Shown: positions 21,573 to 29,965 of the stretch, piece after piece | How the letters are laid out: each line of letters begins with the position of its first letter | Position numbering within the stretch: position 1 is the stretch's first letter | From: Gammaproteobacteria bacterium | Lineage (GTDB): Bacteria > Pseudomonadota > Gammaproteobacteria > Natronospirales > REEB76 | Length of the DNA stretch: 64,000 nucleotides | Assembly: GCA_036271575.1 (NCBI GenBank) | Contig: DATBAJ010000035.1 | Span: forward strand, 8,618-72,617 | Reading direction: 5' to 3' | Program-made: the position numbers and the translations under genes | The notes under the pieces: model-generated | Told to the model about the DNA's origin: nothing | Seen by the model: only the letters and a program-made list of their open reading frames with translations | Databases searched by the model: none

Positions 21573-22508
21573 ATGAAGATGCGCCCACTCATTTTGCCCT
21601 GTGTGCTGCTCGGCTTCGCGCCGGCGGGTTATTCCGACTCCGCGACGTCGGCTGCGCCTGCGCTCAGCACCGTGCAACGGGCTGAGTCCACGGTGGCCGT
21701 GATCCGCGACAAGGACGGCTGCACCATCACCCATGCCAGCAACAGCCGTTTTAGTCCGGTGGGCGTGGACAGCTACCGAAACACCGATTCCCTCAACCTG
21801 ATCCTGCACGAGACCTTCGAACGCGGCGACGACGACTGCGTGGAGCAGGTGCAGGGCGAGGTCACGGTGGACGCTACGGTCTATGACCGCGATTTCAAGA
21901 ACCCGAAACCCTTGTGGTCTTTCACCAGCGAGGGTTGGGAGGCCGGTCCAGAACCGGAAGGCCACTGGTCTCTGTACGGCGTCACCATGCCGGGTTGCTG
22001 CGGCGCCAGCGACACGGACAGCTACTTCAGCCTCTGGACCGGCAAGCGCCTGTTCGCCAGCACCGGGCCGATCTTGAGCCTGGAAGTGCCGAACTCCGGA
22101 GGCGTGCTGCGCTTCGTAGGTCTCCTGGATAACGCCGCCAGCATGTCCTTCAAGCAGGAATCCGGCGGCGCCGATGACGCCATCGGAGTGCTGTACTTCG
22201 CCTCAGATCGGGAGCCGGGCGAGACTTTGGTGCTGCACGGTCACAAAGGCGATGCGTACCACTACGCGGACCTGAAGTTCGTGATCCGCGGCAAGTCGCA
22301 GAAAGACCGGCAGTTGGATCTATGGTCAGCGGACAAATCCAAGGACCCCAAGTCCATCACGGGTTTCAGCATCCGAGGCACCTTGGAGTGCGAGTGCGAC
22401 CGGCCGCTGCTGACATTCGAAGTGCCGGTGGTGGATGGACATCTCAGCCTCACGGGCGCCAAGAGTGGTGACAAGCAGGTGACCTTCAGCGCCGGCCCTC
22501 CGCACTGA
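21573..22508 (+). CDS. Hypothetical secreted protein (no family recognised)
   Basis: I trimmed the 344-aa ORF to the ATG preceded by AAGGAG. The product starts MKMRPLILPCVLLGFAPAGYS, a signal peptide. GC3 is high throughout. I recognise no motifs. Confidence 0.6.
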   Translation: MKMRPLILPCVLLGFAPAGYSDSATSAAPALSTVQRAESTVAVIRDKDGCTITHASNSRFSPVGVDSYRNTDSLNLILHETFERGDDDCVEQVQGEVTVDATVYDRDFKNPKPLWSFTSEGWEAGPEPEGHWSLYGVTMPGCCGASDTDSYFSLWTGKRLFASTGPILSLEVPNSGGVLRFVGLLDNAASMSFKQESGGADDAIGVLYFASDREPGETLVLHGHKGDAYHYADLKFVIRGKSQKDRQLDLWSADKSKDPKSITGFSIRGTLECECDRPLLTFEVPVVDGHLSLTGAKSGDKQVTFSAGPPH

Positions 22509-22523
22509 AGGATGACCATGCGC

Positions 22524-22559
22524 AAAAAAGAAGGGCCGCTTGCGCGGCCCTTCGATTTC
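22524..22559. terminator. Bidirectional terminator between convergent genes
   Basis: The sequence is AAAAAA-GAAGGGCCGC-ttgc-GCGGCCCTTC-GATTTCC. The 10-bp GC stem has an A-run on one side and a T-rich run on the other. Confidence 0.7.
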
Positions 22560-22607
22560 CTGGAGCTGAATCCGTCACGGTCGGTAAACTCCATGGGTCC
22601 CACCGTC

Positions 22608-23249
22608 TCACCCGTTGCGCCAACCGCTGACAGCAGCGAACACCGCGACCAACATCAGCATCGTGCCCACCGCGCGGGCGATCCGCATCCCCGCAGTCGG
22701 ATCACGCTCGAGCCGGGCCCGCAGCTTCGCCGCCAGCAGCGTCACCGCGCCGTATATGCCCACTTCGCAGAGGCTGCCGATGCCCCAGAGCGCCGTTCCC
22801 TGCAGCCATAGCAGACCGTAGTCCGGCCTCAGGAAATACGGGATGACCGCGAGCGTGAACAAGTAGGCATTCGGGTTGAGCAGATTGGTGAGCATGCCCT
22901 GGCGGTAGGCGGTGAGGGGCGGTCGCGCCGCGGCCCCGCCAGGGGTGCCGATGCGCAGCACCGAGGCGCGGCGGACTATGCCCAAGCCTATCCAGGCTAT
23001 ATAAGCCGCACCCGCCAGCAACATCATCTTGAACGCGGGTGGGTAGAGGCGCAGCAGCACGCTGATACCGAGCACCGCCGACGCCATGTGCAGTGCTGCT
23101 GCGGTCACGATGCCGGCGATGGCAGCGAAGCCGCTCTTGCGGCCGCCGATCAGCGCACTGGCAAGCACGTAGGCCATGTCCATGCCGGGCGTGAGGATGA
23201 CGCCGAACACCAGCAGGAAGTACAGCCACAGATGCGCGATGGGGGTCAT
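22608..23249 (-). CDS. LysE/RhtB family amino-acid exporter (copy 2)
   Basis: Trimmed to MTPIAHLWLYFLLVFGVILTPGMDMAYVL, giving 213 aa with about 6 TM segments. The motifs LTPG.D and NPKAYLF-like (NPNAYLF) are present. Confidence 0.85.
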   Translation of the reverse strand: MTPIAHLWLYFLLVFGVILTPGMDMAYVLASALIGGRKSGFAAIAGIVTAAALHMASAVLGISVLLRLYPPAFKMMLLAGAAYIAWIGLGIVRRASVLRIGTPGGAAARPPLTAYRQGMLTNLLNPNAYLFTLAVIPYFLRPDYGLLWLQGTALWGIGSLCEVGIYGAVTLLAAKLRARLERDPTAGMRIARAVGTMLMLVAVFAAVSGWRNG

Positions 23250-23262
23250 GCTCCTATTGTGG

Positions 23263-23898
23263 TCAGACCCCGCGCCAGCCGTCCACGGCGGTGAACACCG
23301 CCACTGCCATGAGCATGGCTCCCACACCGCGGCTCACGTTCACAGCGGAAGCGGGGTTGCCCTCCAGCCAGGTGCGGAAACGGCCGGCAGCATAGGCGAG
23401 GGGTCCATAAACACCGGCCATCCCCAGGAGGATGATAAGCCACATGACCACCCCCTGTAGCCACAGCGCGCCGTATTCCGGGCGCAGGAATTGCGGGAAC
23501 ACCGCCAGCATGAAGAGATAGGCCTTGGGGTTGAGCAGGCAGGTGACCATGCCTTGCCGGAAGGTGCTCCAGGGGCTGCGCCGCGCGGCTTGTGGGTGCA
23601 GGTGGAAGGCGGAGGCGCTCTTCAGGATCGAGAATCCGATCCAGGCGATATAGAGCGCGCCCGCCAGCAGCATGAAACGGAAGGCGGCCGGATATAGCTT
23701 CAGCAGCACACTGATGCCCAACACGCCGGCGATCACATGGCAGGTGCCACCGGCCGCCACTCCCGCCAGCGCCATGGCGCCGGACCTGCGTCCGCCCGCC
23801 AGGGCGCTGCCGAGGATATAGGCCATGTCCAGGCCGGGCAGCAGCATGATGCCCAGCACGAAGACGAAGAAGAGCCAGAGGTGGCCGTAGTCGGTCAT
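23263..23898 (-). CDS. LysE/RhtB family amino-acid exporter (copy 1)
   Basis: Trimmed to MTDYGHLWLFFVFVLGIMLLPGLDMAYIL, with an AAGGAG RBS. At 211 aa it is a clear paralog of the downstream copy (NPKAYLF, LLAGA.YIAWIG). Confidence 0.85.
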   Translation of the reverse strand: MTDYGHLWLFFVFVLGIMLLPGLDMAYILGSALAGGRRSGAMALAGVAAGGTCHVIAGVLGISVLLKLYPAAFRFMLLAGALYIAWIGFSILKSASAFHLHPQAARRSPWSTFRQGMVTCLLNPKAYLFMLAVFPQFLRPEYGALWLQGVVMWLIILLGMAGVYGPLAYAAGRFRTWLEGNPASAVNVSRGVGAMLMAVAVFTAVDGWRGV

Positions 23899-23914
23899 GG
23901 TCACTCCTTGAGTC

Positions 23915-24565
23915 TCAGATGCTGGGGTCGAAATGCCGCGCCGCTTCAGTATCGTCCATGCGGATGATCTGGTTGGTCCAGTTGGTTTCCCAGGTCTTGC
24001 CGCCATCGGTGGAGAAGGCCTGGGCCCAATCGGCTGCGACTTTGTCACCCTTTGGGTGCACGGTCCAGGTAAAGCGCACGATGATGGGTTTGCCGTCGAA
24101 GGTATCAGGAGCTTCGAACACGCCGACGTTGCCGTCGAATTTGCCGACTACCGGCGCTTCGATGACGCCATCGGAGAAATGGTTGTCCACCCAGTAGAGG
24201 CGCCACAAGCCTGTCTTGGGATCGTAGGTGCGGGTGGTCATGCCCACGAAGTCCTTCCAGTGATCGGTCTTGAAGAAGTCCTGGTTGCCCAGGCCGCCCG
24301 GCAGTGGCTGGCACTCGTCGTAGGACATGAAGTCTTCCCACTCATGCGAACCGGCGAGGCGTTTCAGCAAGCGGTGATTCGGCATCCTCCATTTGCCATA
24401 GAGGAAATCGAAGTCATGGGAACCATCGCGGGTCGCGGTCATCGGTCCGGCGGGTACCGTGCCGGTAGCGTTATTGGCCAGGGCGGTGGGTGCATAACCG
24501 CCGAGGGCGGTGAGCAGCATGGCGGCAGCCAAGAGCGAGTAGGGGCGATAGGACTTGGGCAACAT
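23915..24565 (-). CDS. Hypothetical secreted protein
   Basis: 216 aa with signal peptide MLPKSYRPYSLLAAAMLLTALGGYAPTALA. The body is beta-rich (FDFLYGKWRM...RLYWVDNHFSDG...VRFTWTV). It is the first gene of a three-gene unit with the two LysE genes. Confidence 0.65.
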   Translation of the reverse strand: MLPKSYRPYSLLAAAMLLTALGGYAPTALANNATGTVPAGPMTATRDGSHDFDFLYGKWRMPNHRLLKRLAGSHEWEDFMSYDECQPLPGGLGNQDFFKTDHWKDFVGMTTRTYDPKTGLWRLYWVDNHFSDGVIEAPVVGKFDGNVGVFEAPDTFDGKPIIVRFTWTVHPKGDKVAADWAQAFSTDGGKTWETNWTNQIIRMDDTEAARHFDPSI

Positions 24566-24676
24566 GGCAGGTCCTCCTTCTTATCTGACCAGCGCCGGGA
24601 TTGACGCTGTCTCTGGGGAGGCACGGTAGGGCTTAAATAGGGCGGTTCACGCCCTGATTAGGGTTAGACTATTCGC

Positions 24677-25621
24677 ATGGCGACATCCACCACGCGGGTC
24701 CTGGCAGTCCTGGAACTGCTGCAGACCTACGGCCGCATGAGCGGCGCTGAGCTGGCGCGGCGGCTGGAAGTGGACGCCCGGACGATGCGCCGCTACATCG
24801 CGACCCTCGAGGAACTCGGCATCCCCATCACCAGTGAACGCGGCCGCTACGGTGCGTACATGCTGGTGGCGGGTTTCAAGCTGCCGCCCATGATGTTCAA
24901 CGAGGATGAGGCGCTGGCCCTGTCGATCGGCTTGCTGGCAGCGCGAAGCCTGGGCCTCGCGGAAGGCGCCTCTGCCGTGGCCAGTGCCCAAGCCAAGCTC
25001 GAGCGGGTGATGCCTGCCAAGCTCAAGCAGCGCCTGCGGGCGGTGGATGAGACCGTGACGCTCGACCTCGCTCGCGGCGCGCCACCAGGAGACAACCGCG
25101 CACTCACAGTGCTGAGCGCCGCGGCCCAGGCACAGAAGCGCGTGCACATGCATTACCGCTCTTCGAAGGGCGATGATAGCGAGCGGGACTTCGATCCCTA
25201 CGGGCTGCTCTATCGCAATGGCAACTGGTACGTGGGCGGTCACTGCCATCTGCGCCAGGGCCTGCGCTCCTTCCGCCTGGACCGGGTGGCGGACGTGGAG
25301 ATGCTGGAAGCTCCCTTCACACGTCCCGACGATTTCGACGCGGGTGCGCACCTGGATTTCAGCATCGCCACCCTGCCGCGGACCACTGCAGTGGAGGTGT
25401 GGCTCAAGACCGATCTCAAGACCGCCATGCTGGAGTTGGGGGAGCATATCGGGCTGTTCGAGCCGCACCCGGAAGGGGTGCTGTTCAAGACCAGCACCGA
25501 CGGCATCGAGTGGATGGCGCGGCAGCTGGCGCGGGTATCCTTCGGATTCGAGGTGCGGGAGCCGGTGCGGTTGCGGGAAGCCCTGCGGGAGCATGCTCGC
25601 GGCCTGCTCTTGTCCCACTGA
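24677..25621 (+). CDS. WYL domain transcriptional regulator (YafY-like HTH-WYL)
   Basis: The N-terminal wHTH reads RVLAVLELLQTYGRMSGAELARRLEVDARTMRRYIATLEELGIPI. The central WYL-type domain reads RDFDPYGLLYRNGNWYVGGHCHLRQGLRSFRLDRV. Confidence 0.85.
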   Translation: MATSTTRVLAVLELLQTYGRMSGAELARRLEVDARTMRRYIATLEELGIPITSERGRYGAYMLVAGFKLPPMMFNEDEALALSIGLLAARSLGLAEGASAVASAQAKLERVMPAKLKQRLRAVDETVTLDLARGAPPGDNRALTVLSAAAQAQKRVHMHYRSSKGDDSERDFDPYGLLYRNGNWYVGGHCHLRQGLRSFRLDRVADVEMLEAPFTRPDDFDAGAHLDFSIATLPRTTAVEVWLKTDLKTAMLELGEHIGLFEPHPEGVLFKTSTDGIEWMARQLARVSFGFEVREPVRLREALREHARGLLLSH

Positions 25622-25659
25622 GCAAGGTCCATCCGTCACAGTGTTACGCGGAGGCGAGC

Positions 25660-26022
25660 ATGGATAAGGATGTGATCCTGAAGAGATTCGAGCACCCCGA
25701 TGAGCTGCGGGTGCTGAAGAAAGGCCGCTTCGAGATCGTGCGACTGGGAGGCATGACCATCGGCCGCGCTACCTATGAACCCGGTTGGCGCTGGTCTGAG
25801 CACGTGGGCCGGGACGTGGGCCAGGCGCGCTGCCAGGTGGAGCATGTGGGACTGGTGGTGTCGGGGACTGCCACAGCGGCTTTCGCCGACGGGCGCATCA
25901 TCGAACTCAAGGCCGGCAGCCTGTTCTACATCCCGCCCGAGCCCCACGACAGCTGGGTGGTGGGGGACGAGCCCTACGTATCCCTGCATTTCATGGGTGC
26001 GGAGAAGTACGCCGCGAAATGA
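25660..26022 (+). CDS. Cupin domain protein
   Basis: The 120-aa product starts MDKDVILKRFEHPDELRV, following GGAGGCGAGC. The pattern is a small beta-barrel with ...H.G.V.SG......DG (EHVGLVVSGTATAAFADG). It shares a frame with the 207-aa ORF, which I trimmed. Confidence 0.7.
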   Translation: MDKDVILKRFEHPDELRVLKKGRFEIVRLGGMTIGRATYEPGWRWSEHVGRDVGQARCQVEHVGLVVSGTATAAFADGRIIELKAGSLFYIPPEPHDSWVVGDEPYVSLHFMGAEKYAAK

Positions 26023-26142
26023 GTGCGGCGGACTGCTGCGGAATAACAACAATGAATCCGTATATTTACAACAGAATATCCGGAACATTTTCCTGACATC
26101 CTCGGTCGGTAGGAGCATGCCCATACCCATCGAGGTTCCCGC

Positions 26143-26523
26143 ATGAGCGATCCCGCCGCTTTCCCCTATGAGACCCACCTGGACGTCAAGTTCAAGGCCT
26201 TGGAGCTGGTGGACTTGCCGCCTCTCATCCAGTCGGTGAAGCACCCCTGGTACAACCAGACACTCACCAAGGTGAATGATTCGGTGGTGCGCCTCGGCGT
26301 GATGCAGGGCGAGTACCACTGGCACAAGCACGATGAAGACGATGAGTTCTTCTACTGCATCGAGGGATTGTTCGTCATCGACGTAGAAGGGCAGCCCTCG
26401 GTGGAACTCAAGCCGCGTCAGGGCTTCACTGTCCCCAAGGGCGTGGTACACCGGACCCGGGCGCCGCAGCGCTCCATCATCCTCATGGTCGAGAACGCGG
26501 GTATCATCCCTACCGGGGACTAA
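26143..26523 (+). CDS. Cupin domain protein
   Basis: 126 aa. The sequence GEYHWHKHDEDDEFFYCIEGLFVIDV...VPKGVVHRT fits cupin motifs 1 and 2. Confidence 0.75.
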   Translation: MSDPAAFPYETHLDVKFKALELVDLPPLIQSVKHPWYNQTLTKVNDSVVRLGVMQGEYHWHKHDEDDEFFYCIEGLFVIDVEGQPSVELKPRQGFTVPKGVVHRTRAPQRSIILMVENAGIIPTGD

Positions 26524-26537
26524 CCGGAACATCAGCC

Positions 26538-27143
26538 ATGGGCAGGAGAGATCCGCGCGTCGACGCCTACATCGCGAAGTCCGCGGACTTCGCGCGGCCG
26601 ATCCTGAAGCACATCCGCAAGCTGGTGCACCAGGCGGATCCCAAGATCGAAGAGACCATGAAGTGGAGCATGCCCACCTTCACCCATGACGGCATCGTCT
26701 GCGGCATGGCGGCGTTCAAGCAGCACTGTGCTCTCGGTTTCTGGAAGGGGAAACTGATCCTGGATGGCAAGGGGCGCCGGGTGGATGACGCCATGGGCAG
26801 CTTCGGTCGCATCAGCAGCCGCAAGGATCTTCCTTCCGATGCGAGACTGCTGGGTTACATCAGGAAAGCGGTGAAGCTGAACCAGGATGGAGTGAAGCTG
26901 CGGACCCAAGCCAAGCGCAAGGCGACGCCGCTGCGGGTGCCGGCTGATCTAAGCAAGGCGCTCAAGGCTAGCCCTAAGGCCGCCGCTACCTTCAAAGCCC
27001 TGAGCACCAGCCACCGCAACGAGTATGTGGAGTGGATCGCCGGCGCCAAGCAGGAGGCGACTCGCCACAAGCGCCTCGCCACTGCGCTCAGCTGGCTGGC
27101 CGAGGGCAAGAACTACAACTGGCGTTATGAGAAGCGCGCCTGA
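26538..27143 (+). CDS. DUF1801 / YdeI-like domain protein
   Basis: 201 aa. The N-terminal half (DAYIAKSADFARPILKHIRKLVHQADPKIEETMKWSMPTF) resembles DUF1801. The C-terminal half (ALSTSHRNEYVEWIAGAKQEATRHKRL) resembles the YdeI/OmpD-associated region. Confidence 0.7.
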   Translation: MGRRDPRVDAYIAKSADFARPILKHIRKLVHQADPKIEETMKWSMPTFTHDGIVCGMAAFKQHCALGFWKGKLILDGKGRRVDDAMGSFGRISSRKDLPSDARLLGYIRKAVKLNQDGVKLRTQAKRKATPLRVPADLSKALKASPKAAATFKALSTSHRNEYVEWIAGAKQEATRHKRLATALSWLAEGKNYNWRYEKRA

Positions 27144-27301
27144 GACGGCCCGCAACGGGCCGGCCGCTTTCCCTTCGGGCATCCTGCCCTTGTGAAAGTC
27201 CAACCGCAGCCTGTGCGGCGTTCGTGGCCGTGCCACGAACCCGCGTAGAATAGCGGGCGAGGCCCGGGGTGATTTAGACAAAGACTAAACTGGGGAACGG
27301 C

Positions 27302-28459
27302 GTGAAGCTCACGGCCATGCTGCTGCTGTGCCTGCTGACCATGAGCATGCTGATGGGCGTGCTGGTGCTGGTGGTGGCGCGGGGCGAGCGCAAGTCCGTA
27401 GCGCTCAGGCTATGGGGTTGGGGGCTCATCACCTATGCCATCGGCATGCTGGTGATCATCGCTTCCTGGTGGCTGCCTTACGACCTGACTCAGGTGGTGG
27501 GTAACAGCCTCATCTCCTTCTCGGCTTTGCTCACCTCCCGCGGCGTGTTCATGCACGTGCCGCAGCGGCCGCAGTTGCGCTTCACCGGCGGCTTGTTGGG
27601 CGTGGTGGTAGCGGGCCTCATCCTGAACCACGTATTACCGGGCTACGCGATATTCGATATCGCGCTGCCCACCTTCTACGCCAGCATCTTGTACGCAGTA
27701 GTCTCATGGCAGTTGGTCCGCCATCCGCCGGCGGCGGCCCTGGCTGCAACGCGCTTCCTGGTGATCACCATCCTGCTGACCCTGGTGGTGTGGAACCTTA
27801 GGCTCGCGGCGATCTGGGTATCGGTGGGTAGCAGCTCGGACCCGGGCCGTGGCGACGTCCTGCAGGCGGGCTTCGCCATCTTCCAGATGCTACTGGTGGT
27901 GTGCTCGACCTTAGGACTGATGTGGGTGGAGGTGCGCCTCATGGAGGCGGATCTTCGCCGCTCTGCATTCACCGACCTCCTGACCGGCCTGCCCAACCGC
28001 CGCGCCATGCACCAGCGCTTCGACGAGGAAGTGGCTCGTTGCCGGCGCCAGCAGCAGACCTTCGGCCTGGTGCTGTTCGATATAGATCTGTTCAAGCAGA
28101 TCAACGACACCTGCGGGCATTACGTGGGCGATGCGGTGCTGAAACACATCGCTGCCACCCTGGAGCGGCACAAGCGCGGCGAGGACGTGCTGGGCCGCAT
28201 CGGCGGTGAGGAGTTCCTGGTGGTCCTGCCCCAGCATGGCCGCGAGGAATGCATCCGCGCTGCGGATCGCCTGCGCCAGGCGGTGGAAGGGGCGCGCTCC
28301 CATGAAGAGGCCGCTGCGCCCACCGCCACAGTGAGCGGCGGCGTCGCCATCTTTCCCGAGGATGGCCAGGACTGGGATCGCCTGTACATGGCGGCAGACA
28401 GGCGCATGTATCAGGCCAAGCGCGCCGGCCGTAACAAAGTGGAAGGGCGGGACGAATGA
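27302..28459 (+). CDS. Membrane-anchored diguanylate cyclase (GGDEF)
   Basis: The start is GTG. The N-terminal ~200 aa contain multiple TM helices. The GGDEF domain carries the active site GGEEF and an RxxD I-site (RGED) five residues upstream. Confidence 0.88.
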   Translation: MKLTAMLLLCLLTMSMLMGVLVLVVARGERKSVALRLWGWGLITYAIGMLVIIASWWLPYDLTQVVGNSLISFSALLTSRGVFMHVPQRPQLRFTGGLLGVVVAGLILNHVLPGYAIFDIALPTFYASILYAVVSWQLVRHPPAAALAATRFLVITILLTLVVWNLRLAAIWVSVGSSSDPGRGDVLQAGFAIFQMLLVVCSTLGLMWVEVRLMEADLRRSAFTDLLTGLPNRRAMHQRFDEEVARCRRQQQTFGLVLFDIDLFKQINDTCGHYVGDAVLKHIAATLERHKRGEDVLGRIGGEEFLVVLPQHGREECIRAADRLRQAVEGARSHEEAAAPTATVSGGVAIFPEDGQDWDRLYMAADRRMYQAKRAGRNKVEGRDE

Positions 28460-28549
28460 ATCATTTCTGTTTCAAGTATCGTGGCAAACGTATCCGCCCT
28501 ACCGCGGTCTATCCTGAGTCGCATACAACCTCAACCGGTCAGGTGTTCC

Positions 28550-29413
28550 ATGAATAAGTCACTGGTGGTATTGCTGGCTTTGTTCACCCTCGCTGCCGCC
28601 TCGGCGCCCGCAAGCCTGGTGCAGAACGAATACAACTTCGCCGCTACCGTGGCGCAGAAGGGCATCCGCGACGGGTTCCTGCAATACCTGGACAAGCAGG
28701 CCATCGGCTTCAGCCCCACGCCAAAGAATGCCTACGATGCTTACAGCCAGGCCAAGCCTGGCTCCAGCGCCAGCAAGCTCACCTGGTACCCGGCCTGGGC
28801 GCTGCTCGCATCCTCCGGTGACTTCGGTGTGGATACGGGCCCCTGGACCGCAAGTTGGATCAAGGACGGCAAGCCAGGTAAGGCCCAAGGCGAATGGCTG
28901 ACGGTATGGACCCGCAACAAGGACGGCGAGTGGAAAGCGCTGTTCGATTCCGGCACCGGGCATCCGGCGCCCGAACATCCGGGCAAGGCCCTGGAGAAAG
29001 GGGCGGTGGTCCCTCAATTGCCAGCGCTGACCGCGCCGGTACCTTCCACGCAAGATGTGCAAGATCAGCTGGTCCAGGCGGAGAAGGTGTTCTCCAACGA
29101 GGCGAACAACCATGGTCTGCGGGCGGCTTACCAGGGCTCCGGCGCGCCGGACTTGCGCTTGTTGTTCGATAAGAACCAGCCGATCCTGGGCCTGGCACCC
29201 GCGATGCGCGTGGTGACGGATGCCGCATCCGACCTGCAGTGGGTACCCATGGGTGGCACCGCCGCCCGGCCGGGCGACCTGGGCTACATCTACGGTATGA
29301 CCTACAAGTTGGCGGATACCAAGCACAGCACCCCGCAGGGCGCCTACATGCATGTCTGGCGCCGCGATGCGGACGGCTGGAAGATGCTGATCGCTCTCGA
29401 AAGTCCGCTCTAG
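28550..29413 (+). CDS. Hypothetical secreted protein (possibly two NTF2/DUF4440-like repeats)
   Basis: Trimmed to MNKSLVVLLALFTLAAASAPA, a signal peptide. Two internally similar halves each end in W....DG.WK.L. The family call is tentative. Confidence 0.55.
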   Translation: MNKSLVVLLALFTLAAASAPASLVQNEYNFAATVAQKGIRDGFLQYLDKQAIGFSPTPKNAYDAYSQAKPGSSASKLTWYPAWALLASSGDFGVDTGPWTASWIKDGKPGKAQGEWLTVWTRNKDGEWKALFDSGTGHPAPEHPGKALEKGAVVPQLPALTAPVPSTQDVQDQLVQAEKVFSNEANNHGLRAAYQGSGAPDLRLLFDKNQPILGLAPAMRVVTDAASDLQWVPMGGTAARPGDLGYIYGMTYKLADTKHSTPQGAYMHVWRRDADGWKMLIALESPL

Positions 29414-29838
29414 GCGGAGCGCCGCTCCAGGATCCCGCGCACCGTCTCCACCGCCTCGCGCATCTTCTTCTCCGGCGTCACGGCGATGAACACCGTGTCG
29501 TCGCCGGCCAGCGTCCCCACCACTCCGTCGATGGCGTGCTGGTCCACCAGCACTGCCAGCGCCTGGGCGTAACCCGGCCGTGTCTTGATGATCACGAGGT
29601 TGGGGGCTGCTGCTGACACCGCGTAGGCCGGAAGCTCAGTGGGGATGGGTTCGACCCGCTGGTACCGGCCCGCCAGCTTCTGCACACCCAGCTTGTTGAG
29701 ATGTCGGGACAGGGTGGGCTGAGTGACCTTGTGTCCCTCGCGTTTCAGGAGGTCCAGGAACACCGCCTGGTCCGTCACTTCCCGTTCTTCCGTCAGTCTC
29801 AGGATGGCTTCATCCAGGGTCATGGCCGCACCGGTCAT
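29410..29838 (-). CDS. argR: Arginine repressor ArgR
   Basis: 142 aa. The wHTH reads FLDLLKREGHKVTQPTLSRHLNKLGVQK. The C-terminal oligomerisation/arginine-binding domain reads GTLAGDDTVFIAV. It is divergent from an arginine-biosynthesis operon. Confidence 0.85.
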   Translation of the reverse strand: MTGAAMTLDEAILRLTEEREVTDQAVFLDLLKREGHKVTQPTLSRHLNKLGVQKLAGRYQRVEPIPTELPAYAVSAAAPNLVIIKTRPGYAQALAVLVDQHAIDGVVGTLAGDDTVFIAVTPEKKMREAVETVRGILERRSA

Positions 29839-29849
29839 GGAGGAGTAAG

Positions 29850-29965
29850 AAACACTGAATATAGTATTGCATTGTTCAGAATTAAAATGTATATAAACGC
29901 ATTATATACCATTTAAAGCATATTTATTCACGAATAATGCATATTTTTAAAGATTCCTCGGAAAA
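29850..29965. promoter_or_regulatory. AT-rich argR/argD divergent control region with ARG-box-like half sites
   Basis: This ~115-bp island is far more AT-rich than its GC-rich surroundings. It contains TGAAT (29856), TGCAT (29868), TTCAGAAT, ATTCA (29926) and ATGCAT (29937). I could not align a perfect 18-bp E. coli-type ARG box. Confidence 0.45.
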
